DNA of 32,000 bases, taken from contig NC_014034.1 in the NCBI RefSeq assembly GCF_000021865.1, positions 1,770,001 through 1,802,000 on the forward strand. The letters run 5' to 3'. Below, piece after piece: positions 1 to 10,203 of this stretch. Numbering within the stretch: position 1 is the stretch's first letter; each line of letters starts with the position of its first letter. The notes under the pieces are model-generated. The model saw only the letters and a program-made list of their open reading frames with translations. It made no database searches and was not told where the DNA came from. This DNA is from Rhodobacter capsulatus SB 1003 (GTDB lineage: Bacteria; Pseudomonadota; Alphaproteobacteria; Rhodobacterales; Rhodobacteraceae). A program made the translations under genes and the position numbers.

Positions 1-1
1 A

Positions 2-820
2 AAGACCGTGCATTACGTCGCCCCCTCGGTCTGGGCCTGGCGTCCCGGGCGCGCGGCGAAGATGGCCGAGGTGATCGACCATGTTCTGGCGCTGCTGCCC
101 TTCGAGCCGCCCTACATGACCGCCGCGGGGATGAGCTGCGATTTCGTCGGCCATCCGGTCGTGGCCGAGCCGCGGGCGACCGAGGCCGAGGCGACCGCGC
201 TGCGCCAGACCCTGATGATCGGTCCCGATCAGCCGGTGCTGCTGTGCCTGCCCGGGTCGCGCCGCGGCGAGGTGAAGCGGCTGATGCCGCGCTTCGCCGC
301 GACCGTTGCTGCGCTGCGGCAGGACGTGCCGGGGCTGCGCGTGCTCATCCCCACCGTGCGCGGGGTGGCGGCAGAGGTGCGCAAGATGGCTTGCCGCTGG
401 GACGAGGTGCCGAATGTGATTTCGGACGCGGCCGAGAAGCGCGCGGCCTTTGCCACGGCCAATCTGGCGCTGGCGGCCTCGGGCACGGTCAGTCTGGAAC
501 TGGCGGCGAACCGGGTGCCGATGGTGATCGGCTATCGGATGAACTGGCTGACGTGGCATATCACGAAGCGCGCGATGCTGATCGACACGGTGACGCTGGT
601 CAATCTGGTGTCTGAGACCCGGGCGGTGCCGGAATTCCTCGGCCGGCCCTGTCGGCCGAAACCGATGGCGCGGGCGCTGCAGGATCTGTTGCGGGATCCG
701 CAACGCCGCGCGGCGCAGGTTTCCGCCATGGAAACGACGATGCAGCGGCTGGGCGAGGGCGGCGCGGCCCCGGGGCTGCGTGCGGCGCAGTCGGTTCTGG
801 CCTTCCTTCAAAGGGGCTGA
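2..820 (+). CDS. lpxB: lipid-A-disaccharide synthase, C-terminal ~272 aa (5' end outside window)
   Basis: ORF 8..820 is open to the window edge; the 'M' at 8 is an internal GTG. Translation (HYVAPSVWAWRPGRA, LLCLPGSRRGEV, ASGTVSLELA, TLVNLV) matches the LpxB family from memory. TGA at 818-820. Confidence 0.85.
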   Translation, partial: KTVHYVAPSVWAWRPGRAAKMAEVIDHVLALLPFEPPYMTAAGMSCDFVGHPVVAEPRATEAEATALRQTLMIGPDQPVLLCLPGSRRGEVKRLMPRFAATVAALRQDVPGLRVLIPTVRGVAAEVRKMACRWDEVPNVISDAAEKRAAFATANLALAASGTVSLELAANRVPMVIGYRMNWLTWHITKRAMLIDTVTLVNLVSETRAVPEFLGRPCRPKPMARALQDLLRDPQRRAAQVSAMETTMQRLGEGGAAPGLRAAQSVLAFLQRG

Positions 821-1545
821 AGCACGACCCCTTCGGCCTGCAATTTGCTGCGCAGCAATTTCGCCATTTCAAGGGCTTGCGGGGTGTCGCCATGCAGGCA
901 GACGGTGTCGATCCGGGCCGGGATGCGATGGCCGCTGGCGGAAAGGATCGCGCCCGCGCGCAGCATCGCCAGAATCCGCCCCGCGGCCGCTTCGGCGTCA
1001 TGCAGAACGGCACCCGGAAGCGAGCGATCGACCAGCGTCGCATCGTCATTGTAAGCGCGGTCGGCGAAAATCTCGCCCGCCCAATCGGCCTGCATCGCGC
1101 GGGCGGCGGCCTCCTGCGCCGTCGCCGAAAGCACCATCAGCTTCAGATCCGGCACGACGGCAAGCGCCGCGCCATAGCAGATGCGGGCCAGATCCGCATC
1201 TTCGGAAGTGATGTTGGACAGCGCCCCGTGCAGCTTGAAATGGCGCAATTTCAACCCCTTGGCCTGCGCCACGGCGGCCATCGCGCCGGTCTGATACGCG
1301 ATCAGATCGACCAGTTCGGGTTTCGACAGCACCATCCTGGTGCGGCCGAAATTTGCCCGGTCATCAAAGCCCGGATGCACGCCGAGGCCGACGCCCTTTT
1401 CGGCCGCCAGTGCCATCACCCGCGCCATTTCCAGCGGCCCGCCCGCATGCAGCCCGCAGCAGATATTGGCCGAGGTCACGACGTCGAGCAGCGCCGCATC
1501 CGCGCCCGCGCCTTCGCCCATGTCGGAATTGAGATCAAGTTTCAT
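808..1545 (-). CDS. pxpA: 5-oxoprolinase subunit A (LamB/YcsF family)
   Basis: Within ORF 808..1662. The family-typical N-terminus MKLDLNSDMGEG starts at ATG 1545. That ATG overlaps the pxpC stop (ATGA, 1542-1545). Confidence 0.85.
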   Translation of the reverse strand: MKLDLNSDMGEGAGADAALLDVVTSANICCGLHAGGPLEMARVMALAAEKGVGLGVHPGFDDRANFGRTRMVLSKPELVDLIAYQTGAMAAVAQAKGLKLRHFKLHGALSNITSEDADLARICYGAALAVVPDLKLMVLSATAQEAAARAMQADWAGEIFADRAYNDDATLVDRSLPGAVLHDAEAAAGRILAMLRAGAILSASGHRIPARIDTVCLHGDTPQALEMAKLLRSKLQAEGVVLQPL

Positions 1546-2555
1546 GCGTCTTCCTCGTCGCCGCGGATCATGCCCGAGATCAGTTGATAGGCCAAAAGAT
1601 CGGGAATGTCGCGCGGATCGCGGGTCAGCGGGCAGAGCAGTGGGCGGATCTGCGCCAGCCAAAGCGCCTCGGGCGGCGAGACGGTTTCGGCCGCGTCGAG
1701 CGGAATTTCGACCAGCCTCAGCGCGGTTCCGGGGCGGGCCTGCGCGGCGCGGGACAGGTCAAGCGGGATCACCGTTCCAAGGCGGGGATACCCACCGATG
1801 GTCTGGCAATCGGCCAGAAGCACAACCGCTTGTCCCGTCCCGGTCATCTGGAGGTCCCCCGGGCCGATGAAATCCGACAGCAACCCCGAGGTTTCCGTGG
1901 CAAAGGGGCCGCCGTCCTGAAGCAGCGCCAGCCCCTGACGGCTGGCCGGACCGGCGCGAAACCGGGTGGCAAAGGCGCGGGCCCGCGTTTCGGGCGCGAA
2001 AAGCGCGGTCTGCGGCCCGGCGATCACCCGCAGCGTGCCGCCGGTGAAACGGTCGTCGGGGGGCAGGCGCTGTGCCGCCGCCGCGGGGGCCGGATCGGGG
2101 CCGAAGGGCAGGCGCAGCCCCGCGTGAACCACCGTGCCCAGACCCGCCGCGGCAAGGGTGGCGCGGGCGCCCAGCGTTTCGGGCGTCAAAAGCCCCCCCG
2201 CGAGCGAAAGATAGCCGTAAACACCGCTCTCGCCGGGGCGCAGATCCAGCACCTCGCCGGGCGCGAGCGGATGAGAGGCATTCCAGATCAAGGGCTTGCC
2301 GTCGCGGCTGGCCTGCATCGGCGCACCGGTGAGGGCGATCCGGGTGGGGGCGGTGACGCGAAACCGCCCGCCCGTCAGCGGCAGTTCCAGCGCGGCTTGC
2401 GGCCGGGATTGCCCCAGAAGCGCCGCGGCTTCCCAGAGCGCGCGGCGGTCTGCGGCGCCCCCGGTCGAAAGACCGAATCCCGTGTAGCCCGGCCGCCCCA
2501 GATCCTGCACCGAAATTCCGGGACCGGCAGAAATGACTTCGATAAATCCTGTCAT
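1542..2555 (-). CDS. pxpC: 5-oxoprolinase subunit C (allophanate hydrolase subunit 2 / KipA-like)
   Basis: Within ORF 1542..3005. MTGFIEVISAGPGISVQDLGRPGY starts at ATG 2555 and overlaps the pxpB stop by 4 nt. The upstream 150 codons of the ORF overlap pxpB and look like a high-GC artefact. Confidence 0.85.
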   Translation of the reverse strand: MTGFIEVISAGPGISVQDLGRPGYTGFGLSTGGAADRRALWEAAALLGQSRPQAALELPLTGGRFRVTAPTRIALTGAPMQASRDGKPLIWNASHPLAPGEVLDLRPGESGVYGYLSLAGGLLTPETLGARATLAAAGLGTVVHAGLRLPFGPDPAPAAAAQRLPPDDRFTGGTLRVIAGPQTALFAPETRARAFATRFRAGPASRQGLALLQDGGPFATETSGLLSDFIGPGDLQMTGTGQAVVLLADCQTIGGYPRLGTVIPLDLSRAAQARPGTALRLVEIPLDAAETVSPPEALWLAQIRPLLCPLTRDPRDIPDLLAYQLISGMIRGDEEDA

Positions 2556-3271
2556 TTCGGAAAACCCAGAATTGCACCCCCAAAAGGATCGCCCTTTTCG
2601 ATCAGCGCGGCGATGTTTTCGGCGCTTGTCGGGGTGAAGCGCAGGAAATCGCCCGGGCGCAGCCGGAACGGCTCGGCGGCATCGGCGGCAAAGGGGCGAA
2701 AGGCGGTGCGGCCCAACGCCCGCCAGCCGGTGGGCGAGGGCGCGGCGAAGAGCACGATCTGGCGCAGCGCGGTGGTGATCGTGCCCGCCTCGACCCGCGG
2801 TGTCAGCGTGGGCAGGCGGGGCATCTGCCAATGCGCGGGCAGGGTGCCGAGATAGGGCTGCCCGGGCGCGAAGCCCAGCGCCAGAACCCGCAAGTCCGTT
2901 GCACAAAGCTCTGAAATCAAAGCGCTTTCGCTGCGTCCCGCCAGGGCGGCGGCTTCGGTCAGATCGGCCCCCCAGCTCCCGCCGAAACAGGCGGGGACGG
3001 TCCAATGCCGTGCGGCGGCGGGCTCGGGGGCTGGCGCCGTCAGGCGCTGGCGCAACGCGGCCGCGAACTGCATGCGGCCGGTTGTCAGCCGGTCAAAGCG
3101 CAGCAGCACCGAGCCAAGCCCTGGCGCCACCTCGGTCTGCCCGGGCAGCGGATCGGCCGCCAGCGCCACGGCAAGCCGCTGCGCGGCGCTGTTCGCCTCC
3201 TCCGACCAGGCGGTGGCGAAGCGCACCAGCACGGCCTCAAGGCCAAGCGGCAGGATCTCGGGGCCCGTCAT
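2552..3271 (-). CDS. pxpB: 5-oxoprolinase subunit B (allophanate hydrolase subunit 1 / KipI-like)
   Basis: ORF 2552..3271, 239 aa. It sits immediately upstream of pxpC, as is typical for pxpBC. ATG 3271 overlaps the stop of the upstream transglutaminase gene (ATGA). Confidence 0.8.
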   Translation of the reverse strand: MTGPEILPLGLEAVLVRFATAWSEEANSAAQRLAVALAADPLPGQTEVAPGLGSVLLRFDRLTTGRMQFAAALRQRLTAPAPEPAAARHWTVPACFGGSWGADLTEAAALAGRSESALISELCATDLRVLALGFAPGQPYLGTLPAHWQMPRLPTLTPRVEAGTITTALRQIVLFAAPSPTGWRALGRTAFRPFAADAAEPFRLRPGDFLRFTPTSAENIAALIEKGDPFGGAILGFPK

Positions 3272-4152
3272 TCGGTGTCAAGCGGCAGCACGTCGACCGC
3301 CTGCCGCGTTTCGGCCCGCCCGGCCGAGCGCAGCGCCCCGCGGATCGGCGCCACATCATCGTAATCGCGCCCGACGGCGACGGTGACGAAATCCACCCCG
3401 GCGGCCTGATCATTCGTCGGATCGAACTCGATCCAGCCCATTTCGCGCCCGACCCAGGCCCGCACCCAGGCGTGCATCGCATCCGCGCCTTCCAGCCGCG
3501 GCTGCCCGGGCGGCGGAAAAGTGCGCAGGAAACCAGAGACATAGCCCGCGGGAATGCCGATGCCGCGCAGGCCGGCGATCATCACATGGGTGAAATCCTG
3601 ACAGACGCCGCGACCACGGGCAAAGGCCTCGCGCGGGGGGGTGTCGACCGTCGTCGCCTCGGCGTCGAAGGTCATGTGCTTGTGCAGCGCATGGCCCAGC
3701 CTGGCCACGGCCGTGGCGGCGGTCATCGTGCGCGTGGTCACGGCGCGGGCAAAGGCGGTGATCTCGGGGCAGGGCACGACGCGCGGCGAGGCGCCAAGGA
3801 AGTGATGCGGCGCGGTGGGCGCCAGTGTCGTCTCGGCGGCGATTTCGGCGCCAAGTTTCGGCAGCGGCGGCGAGAGGTCAAGCGGAACGGGCTGCGCCAG
3901 CCGTTCGATCCTTGCGGACAGTTCAAAGCGCACATCGGCGACGGGGCGGTGCCAGACGACGGATGTCACAGCATTGCCGAAGAAATCCAGCCCGTCGTGG
4001 CGTTCATCCGGGGCCGGGTCCAGCGTCAGCCGCCGCGCCAGCACCCGCTGCGCGCCCGGAATGTCGGGCGGCAGCAACCGCGCCAGATTGCGCAGATGAT
4101 CCGAGGGCGCGGCGTAATCATAGTCGATGGCCAGTTTGATCTCGTAGCGCAT
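3268..4152 (-). CDS. transglutaminase-family protein (Bact_transglu_N + transglutaminase core), 294 aa
   Basis: ORF 3268..4152. Cys-His-Asp signature is readable: GRGVCQDFTHVM ... DAMHAWVRAW ... IEFDPTND. It starts 3 nt after the stop of the ATP-grasp/alpha-E gene. Confidence 0.8.
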   Translation of the reverse strand: MRYEIKLAIDYDYAAPSDHLRNLARLLPPDIPGAQRVLARRLTLDPAPDERHDGLDFFGNAVTSVVWHRPVADVRFELSARIERLAQPVPLDLSPPLPKLGAEIAAETTLAPTAPHHFLGASPRVVPCPEITAFARAVTTRTMTAATAVARLGHALHKHMTFDAEATTVDTPPREAFARGRGVCQDFTHVMIAGLRGIGIPAGYVSGFLRTFPPPGQPRLEGADAMHAWVRAWVGREMGWIEFDPTNDQAAGVDFVTVAVGRDYDDVAPIRGALRSAGRAETRQAVDVLPLDTE

Positions 4153-4155
4153 GAC

Positions 4156-6603
4156 CTACCCCAGATAGCTTTGCGTGACGAGGTTCGACATCTGCGCCAC
4201 CTCGGACCGCAGGGTGATCAGCCGGTGCGTGGTGATCTCCTCGGGCGCGGCGACGGAAAGCAGGCTTTCGACCGGCACGATGGCGCGTGACAGCGCCGCC
4301 AGCCGCCCGTTCTCGCGCGCATGCGGCAGATCCGCGGCGAGCGCCCGCATCCGCGCGATCTGAAACAGGATCGAGCGCGGGTTGTCGCCATCCAGCGCCA
4401 GCAGGTCCACCACCGTCTCGCGCGAGCGTTCCATGCGGTAGCGGCGCTGATGGGTGATCACGCTGTCGGCGACCTCGATCGCGATATCGAGACAGCCCGA
4501 GGGCGCCTTGGCATCGGCAAAAGTGGCCAGAACCGCCGCCAGCGCATCGGTGCGTTCCAAGGCGCGGCCAAGGGACAGGAAGGTCCAGCCGGAAAAACGA
4601 TACATGTTTTCATGCACAAGGCCGGAAAAGCCGGTGATCTTGCGCAACAGCACCGACATTGCCCGCGCGGCATCATCGCCCGGTTTCGCGGTCTGGCTCA
4701 TCGACCGCGCGGTGCGGGCAAGGTCGGCCAGCGCCGCCCAGCCATCGGTGGAAAAGCGGTCGCGGACCTTGGCGGCGCAGCCGCGGGCGGCCTCGATCCG
4801 GTCGATCAGCGCGCCCGGCACCGGCTGGGTCGTGGTGATGCCGTAACCGCCAAGGAAGCTGCGCAACAGCCGCAGCCGGGCGTCTTCGGCATTGTCGGTG
4901 GCGGCCAGACGCAGGTGATAGGCGCGGATGAGCCGGATCGCGTCTTCGGTGCGTTCGACATAGCGGCCGAGCCAGTAGAGATTGTCGGCCGAACGTGCGG
5001 GCAGGATGCCGGGGCTGGCCCGGCGCACGCCCTTTTCCGGCCGCGGCAACAGGCTTTCCTGCCGCACCGGCCGGTCGGCCACGACCCAGACATCGGCCAC
5101 GGCGCCGCCGCGCTGCATCGCCAGCGCCGTGGTGTCGCCGGACCGGCCGATGCGGGCATAGCCGCCCTTCATGAAGGTCCAGTTGCCATTGGCGTCGCGG
5201 GCGGCAAAGACCCGCACCGTCATCGGCCGCGGCTCGATCCGGTTCGCGCCGGTGCCGCTGTCGACCCAGGCGGGGGTGGTGGACAGCGTCACCGCCTCCT
5301 GGCCCACCAGCATCTGCCCCTCGGCCTCCAGCCAATCCGAGATCGAGGCCCGGGCCGAGCCGCGCAAGGTGCCGCCCAGCGCCGTCGCCGCGCCCAGATC
5401 AAAGGGCAGATCACAGGCATAGGCCGAGCCGATCATCATCCGGTCGGCATTGTCGCGCACGAAGGCGCGTTCGGTCGCCCCGCCACACCACCAGGTGGCA
5501 ATGTTGGGCATCTTCAACGGCTTGCCGCGCAAGACCTCGCAGATGCGCGGCAGAAAGGCCATCATCGCCCGCATCTCCATCACGCCCGAGCCCAGCGCAT
5601 TCACCAGCGCCAGATTGCCCGCCCGGATCGCCTCGACCAGACCCGGGGTGCCGATCTGGCTTGTGGCATCAAGCTCCACCGGATCGGCAAAGGCCGCATC
5701 GATGCGCCGCCACAGCACGCCCAAGGGCTGCGGCCCCTCGATCGTGCGGACCATCGCCTGACCGTCCTGCACCAGCAGATCCTCGCCTTCAAGCAGCATC
5801 AGACCCAGATAGCGGGCGATATAGGTGTGTTCGTAATAGGTGTCGTTCGAGGGGCCGGGCGTCAGGATCGCCGCCGCCCGTTCGCGCCCGCCCGGCGCCT
5901 GCGCCAGCCGCTCCATCGCGGCGCGGAAGGTGCCGAAGAACCCGGCCAGCCGGTGGATATGGGCGCGCGGGAAGCGTTCGGGAAAGATGCGGCCGGTGGC
6001 CATGCGGTTTTCCAGCGCAAATCCCGCGCCCGAGGGCGCCTGCGTGCGATCCCCCAGCACGAACCAGCGCCCATCCGGGGCGCGGCCGATTTCAAAGGCC
6101 AGCACATGCAGGAAATGGCCGCCGCGCGGGGTGATGCCCACCATCGGGCGCAGCCATTGCCGCGAGCCCGCGATCAGTTCCGCGGGCAGATGGCCCTCGG
6201 TGACCAGCCGCCCGGGGCCGTAAAGATCGGCCATCACCGCTTCCAGCAGGTCCGCCCGCTGCGTCAGCCCGGCGCAGATCGTCTCCCATTCCGTTTCATG
6301 CAGGATCACCGGAATATGCGAGAGCGGCCATTCCCGTTCCGCCAAGGGGTCGTTCGAATATTGCCGGAAGAAGACGCCGGCATCGCGCAGATATTGGTCG
6401 GCGCGTTCGAACCGCGCGGTGATCTCGGCCGGGCTCAGCCGGGCGAAGCGGTCGACAAAGCGGCGCCAGACCGGGCGCATCTGGCCTGCCGCATCGAACA
6501 ATTCATCCGCCACCCCGGGCGAGAGCCGGTAATTGGCGAAAAGGTCATTCGCGGGATGGGGCGGGGGCGTCTGGGTCATGGGGCACCGGGGCTTGAGCCT
6601 CAC
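4156..6603 (-). CDS. circularly permuted type-2 ATP-grasp protein fused to an alpha-E domain, ~807-815 aa
   Basis: ORF 4156..6603. The N-terminal half resembles COG2308-type CP ATP-grasp proteins ([21 protein letters not shown]). The C-terminal ~310 aa resemble alpha-E/COG2307 ([24 protein letters not shown]). The start is either GTG 6603, overlapping the upstream stop as GTGA, or ATG 6579. Confidence 0.75.
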   Translation of the reverse strand: MRLKPRCPMTQTPPPHPANDLFANYRLSPGVADELFDAAGQMRPVWRRFVDRFARLSPAEITARFERADQYLRDAGVFFRQYSNDPLAEREWPLSHIPVILHETEWETICAGLTQRADLLEAVMADLYGPGRLVTEGHLPAELIAGSRQWLRPMVGITPRGGHFLHVLAFEIGRAPDGRWFVLGDRTQAPSGAGFALENRMATGRIFPERFPRAHIHRLAGFFGTFRAAMERLAQAPGGRERAAAILTPGPSNDTYYEHTYIARYLGLMLLEGEDLLVQDGQAMVRTIEGPQPLGVLWRRIDAAFADPVELDATSQIGTPGLVEAIRAGNLALVNALGSGVMEMRAMMAFLPRICEVLRGKPLKMPNIATWWCGGATERAFVRDNADRMMIGSAYACDLPFDLGAATALGGTLRGSARASISDWLEAEGQMLVGQEAVTLSTTPAWVDSGTGANRIEPRPMTVRVFAARDANGNWTFMKGGYARIGRSGDTTALAMQRGGAVADVWVVADRPVRQESLLPRPEKGVRRASPGILPARSADNLYWLGRYVERTEDAIRLIRAYHLRLAATDNAEDARLRLLRSFLGGYGITTTQPVPGALIDRIEAARGCAAKVRDRFSTDGWAALADLARTARSMSQTAKPGDDAARAMSVLLRKITGFSGLVHENMYRFSGWTFLSLGRALERTDALAAVLATFADAKAPSGCLDIAIEVADSVITHQRRYRMERSRETVVDLLALDGDNPRSILFQIARMRALAADLPHARENGRLAALSRAIVPVESLLSVAAPEEITTHRLITLRSEVAQMSNLVTQSYLG

Positions 6604-9600
6604 TCAAGCCCGATGGGACGGCGCAGGTCAAGGGTCAGCGGAAATTCCGGATGCGGCGTCTCGGGGGCGGGGGCATAGGCGCCGGGGCTGTGGCCCATCG
6701 GCTCGAACCGGGCCAGACGCCGCGCCTCGGCCTCGTAGGCATTGACCGGGAAAGTGTCGTAATTGCGCCCGCCCGGATGGGCGACGTGCCAGGTGCAGCC
6801 CGCCAAAGCCCGGCCCGACCAGCGGTCATAGATGTCAAAGACCAAGGGCGTGTTCACCGGCAGCGTCGGATGCAGCGCGGCGGGCGGTTGCCAGGCCTTG
6901 AAGCGCACCCCCGCGACCGAGGTCCCCGCCGTGCCCGTGCGCGTCATCGGCACCGGACGGCGGTTGCACATCACCGTGTAGCGGTCCTGATGCAGGTTTG
7001 TCAGCTTCACCTGCAGCCGCTCGACCGAGCTGTCGGTATAGCGCACCGTGCCGCCGATGGCGCCGGTCTCGCCCAACACATGCCAGGGCTCCAGCGCCTG
7101 ACGCAGTTCCAGATGCACCCCCTCGGCCTCGATCTGGCCGCAGAAGGGGAAGCGGAATTCCGATTGCGCCTCGAACCAGACCGGGTCGAAATCGAACCCA
7201 TGCGCGCGCAGATCAGCCAGCAGCGACAGCAGATCTTCCCACAGATAATGCGGCAGCATGAAGCGGTCATGCAGCACCGTGCCCCAGCGCACGGGCCGCC
7301 CGGTGACGGGCGCGGCCCAGGCCCGCGCGATCAGGGCGCGGATCAGCAGTTGCTGCGCCAAGGACATGCGCGGATGGGGCGGCATCTCGAAGCCGCGGAA
7401 CTCGACCAGACCCAGACGGCCGGTGGGGCCATCGGGGGAATAAAGCTTGTCGATGCAGATCTCGGCGCGATGGGTGTTGCCGGTGACGTCGATCAGCATG
7501 TTGCGCAGCAGCCGGTCCACCAGCCAGGGCGGCGGCAGGTTGCCGCCATGGACCGGATCGCCGATCTGCGCGAGCGCGATTTCAAGTTCGTAAAGCGTGT
7601 CATGCCGCGCCTCGTCGATCCGCGGCGCCTGAGAGGTCGGCCCGATGAAGAGACCCGAGAAGAGGTAAGACAGGCAGGGATGGCGCTGCCAGATCAGGAT
7701 CAGCGATTTCAGAAGATCGGGGCGGCGCAGGAACGGGCTGTCATTCGGCGTCGCGCCCCCGACGACGACATGGTTGCCGCCGCCGGTGCCGGTGTGGCGC
7801 CCGTCGATCATGAACTTGTCGGCGCCAAGACGCGAGAGCCGCGCCTCGGCATAGATCGCCTCGGTGGTGGCGACGCACTCCTCCCAGCTGTGCGCGGGGT
7901 GAATGTTCACCTCGATCACGCCCGGATCGGGGGCGACGCGGATCACGTTCAGCCGCGGGTCATGGGGCGGCGCATAACCCTCGATATGGATGGGCAGGTT
8001 CAGCTCGGCCGCCGTCGCCTCGGCGCTGGCGATCAGGTCGAGGTAGTCTTCGAGCGTGTCGCAGGGCGGCATGAAGAGGCACAACCGCCCGTCGCGCGGC
8101 TCGATGGCGATGGCCGTGCGCACCGCCCCCGTGGCCGGGTCGGTGCCCTGCGCCGAAAGCGCCTGCCGCGCGGTCGGATCGCTCTCGGTCCGGGTGGATT
8201 TCTGCTGATGCGCCGGGCTGACGGCGGGCAGGAAGGCCGCCTGTTCACGGGCTTCCTCGGCGGCCAGCCGGTCGATCTCGGCCTGGATCTTTGCCCGCCG
8301 TTCCGCAATGGCGGCGCTGAAATCCGGCAGCGGCCCGACTTCGACGGTCGGATCGGCCGGGTAGGAATAGGGATAGGAGTCGGCGGGCACATGCGGCAGG
8401 GCGCCGAGGGGCAGGCGGAACCCCACCGGGCTGTCGCCGGGCACCAGGAACAGATGCCCGCGCCGCGGCTTCCAGAGTTCCGACCGCCAGCGCCGCCCCC
8501 CGGCCCGGCCTTGCCAGGGCTGGATCGGCAGCACGAAGCCCGAGGGTTCGGTCAGGCCGCGGTTGAAGACGCGGGCGTACCGGGCGCGGTCCTCGGGGTT
8601 TTTCAGCTTCGGGTTTTCCGGGCTGACATTCGGCGGTAAGTTCGCTTCCTTCAGGATCCATTCGCCGGGGTCTTCATAGGCGGGCTGGGCGAAGACCGGA
8701 TCAAGCCCCAGATGCGCCGCAAAGGCCTCCATGAAGCGCCCGGCCTCGGCGGGACCGACCGGCGCGGTGGCGTTTTCGCGCGCGATCAGATCGGGGTTTT
8801 GCCAGACCGGCACGCCGTCGTGCCGCCAATAAAGCGAAAAGGTCCAGCGCGGCAGGCTCTCGCCCGGATACCACTTGCCCTGCCCGTAATGCAGAAAGCC
8901 CCCCGGGGCGAAGCGGGCCTGCAAGCGGCGGATCAGATCATCGGCCAGCGCGCGTTTTTGCGGCCCGACGGCCTCGGTGTTCCACTCCGGCGTCTCGAAA
9001 TCATCGACCGAAACAAAGGTCGGCTCGCCCCCCATGGTCAGGCGCACATCGCCCGCCCGCAAGGCGTCATCGACCCGCTGGCCCAGCGCATTCAGCCGGT
9101 CCCAGGCTTCGTCGGAAAAGGGCTTGGTGATGCGCGGATGTTCCGCCACCCGCTTCACCTGCATGTCAAAGGCAAAGCGCGTCTCGGGCGTGCCCGCGGC
9201 GGTGAAGCCCCCGGCAATCGGCGCGGCATTGCGGTAATGCGGCGTCGCCGCCAGCGGGATATGGCTTTCCCCCGCCAAAAGCCCCGAGGTCGGGTCAAGC
9301 CCCACCCAGCCCGCGCCGGGCAGGAAGACCTCGACCCAGGCGTGCAGATCGGTGAAATCGACCTCGGTCCCCGAAGGGCCATCGAGCGCCTTCACATCGG
9401 GGGCAAGCTGGATCAGATAGCCCGAGACGAAGCGGGCGGCGAAGCCCAGATGCCGCAACACCTGCACCAGCAGCCAGGAACTGTCGCGGCACGAGCCCGA
9501 GGCCAGCGTCAGCGTCTCGTCGGGCGTCTGAACCCCGGGTTCCATCCGGATCGTGTAGCGGATTTCCCGCGCGATCCGGGCGTTCAGCGCCACCAGAAAA

Positions 9601-10028
9601 TCGACGGTGCGGGTCTGGGTGAAATCCACCGTGCCGATGAACCGCGCCAGCTGCGGCCCCTCGGGGTCCGGCGTGCGATAGATCGACAGATCGTCGCGCA
9701 GATCCTCGGGATAGTCAAAGGGCCAGGTCTCGGCGGTTTCTTCCAGAAAGAAATCGAACGGGTTGTAGACCGTCATGTCGGCGACCAGATCGACCTCGAT
9801 CTTCAGCTCGGTCACCGGCTCGGGAAAGACGAAACGGGCCAGCCAGTTGCCATAGGGGTCCTGCTGGTGGTTCACGAAATGCCCGCCGGGGCTGACCTTG
9901 AGCGAATGCGAAATCACTCGCGTGCGCGAATGCGGCGCCGGACGCAGCCGGATGATCTGCGGCCCCAAAGTCACCGGGCGGTCGTAGACATAATGCGTCA
10001 GGTGATGGATGGATGCGTGGATCGCCAT
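6600..10028 (-). CDS. large transglutaminase-like / DUF2126-type protein, 1142 aa
   Basis: Within ORF 6600..10205. [18 protein letters not shown] starts at ATG 10028 behind a GGGGGAAG Shine-Dalgarno-like run. Transglutaminase triad motifs are present: [24 protein letters not shown]. The long C-terminal region carries the glycine-rich HTGTGGGNH motif (7770-7796). Confidence 0.75.
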   Translation of the reverse strand: MAIHASIHHLTHYVYDRPVTLGPQIIRLRPAPHSRTRVISHSLKVSPGGHFVNHQQDPYGNWLARFVFPEPVTELKIEVDLVADMTVYNPFDFFLEETAETWPFDYPEDLRDDLSIYRTPDPEGPQLARFIGTVDFTQTRTVDFLVALNARIAREIRYTIRMEPGVQTPDETLTLASGSCRDSSWLLVQVLRHLGFAARFVSGYLIQLAPDVKALDGPSGTEVDFTDLHAWVEVFLPGAGWVGLDPTSGLLAGESHIPLAATPHYRNAAPIAGGFTAAGTPETRFAFDMQVKRVAEHPRITKPFSDEAWDRLNALGQRVDDALRAGDVRLTMGGEPTFVSVDDFETPEWNTEAVGPQKRALADDLIRRLQARFAPGGFLHYGQGKWYPGESLPRWTFSLYWRHDGVPVWQNPDLIARENATAPVGPAEAGRFMEAFAAHLGLDPVFAQPAYEDPGEWILKEANLPPNVSPENPKLKNPEDRARYARVFNRGLTEPSGFVLPIQPWQGRAGGRRWRSELWKPRRGHLFLVPGDSPVGFRLPLGALPHVPADSYPYSYPADPTVEVGPLPDFSAAIAERRAKIQAEIDRLAAEEAREQAAFLPAVSPAHQQKSTRTESDPTARQALSAQGTDPATGAVRTAIAIEPRDGRLCLFMPPCDTLEDYLDLIASAEATAAELNLPIHIEGYAPPHDPRLNVIRVAPDPGVIEVNIHPAHSWEECVATTEAIYAEARLSRLGADKFMIDGRHTGTGGGNHVVVGGATPNDSPFLRRPDLLKSLILIWQRHPCLSYLFSGLFIGPTSQAPRIDEARHDTLYELEIALAQIGDPVHGGNLPPPWLVDRLLRNMLIDVTGNTHRAEICIDKLYSPDGPTGRLGLVEFRGFEMPPHPRMSLAQQLLIRALIARAWAAPVTGRPVRWGTVLHDRFMLPHYLWEDLLSLLADLRAHGFDFDPVWFEAQSEFRFPFCGQIEAEGVHLELRQALEPWHVLGETGAIGGTVRYTDSSVERLQVKLTNLHQDRYTVMCNRRPVPMTRTGTAGTSVAGVRFKAWQPPAALHPTLPVNTPLVFDIYDRWSGRALAGCTWHVAHPGGRNYDTFPVNAYEAEARRLARFEPMGHSPGAYAPAPETPHPEFPLTLDLRRPIGLE

Positions 10029-10203
10029 GGTCTTCCCCCCGTGTTGCCCCGACTGTAGGAAGCCGGGCGGCGGATGCCATGGGAAACCGGCCCCGGCCGC
10101 GGGGCGGGCGGCGTTTTCCGGGCAACTGCCCGAAAATTGGGCGCCGCGCATCTTGCACCAAGGTCGAATAGGCAGCCTGTCCCGGCTCAAGCACAGTTGC
10201 GGC

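Noticed and set aside
2556-3005. A 150-codon N-terminal extension of the pxpC ORF. Similar upstream extensions occur at 1546-1662, 10029-10205, 14678-14746, 14746-14877, 19455-19955 and 10009-10203.
   Set aside because: The extensions overlap the neighbouring gene or the divergent promoter region. They translate to Arg/Pro-rich junk. Internal ATGs with Shine-Dalgarno-like sequences give family-typical N-termini or signal peptides.
4321-6678. Very long alternate-frame or antisense ORFs, for example 4321..6678 +, 6651..8639 +, 23064..25643 -, 25717..29139 - and 17340..18713 +.
   Set aside because: They have Arg/Gly/Pro/Ala-rich low-complexity translations and no recognisable motifs. Each lies opposite or out of frame to an ORF with clear family signatures. 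This is the usual stop-codon scarcity of high-GC DNA.
3268-10028. Possibility that the ATP-grasp / alpha-E / transglutaminase genes form an Anbu (proteasome-like peptidase) operon.
   Set aside because: No Ntn-hydrolase or proteasome-beta-like ORF is present in or next to the cluster. This is the variant with the large DUF2126-type protein instead.
10066-10113. GCCATGGG ... CGCGGGGCGGGCGGCG in the divergent region resembles the GCGCCCGCCATGGGCGGGGCGGGCGC core of the 212-bp repeat.
   Set aside because: Only short GC-rich fragments match, and they are separated by an unrelated insert. None of the flanking hairpins of the element is present. This is most likely chance similarity in GC-rich DNA.
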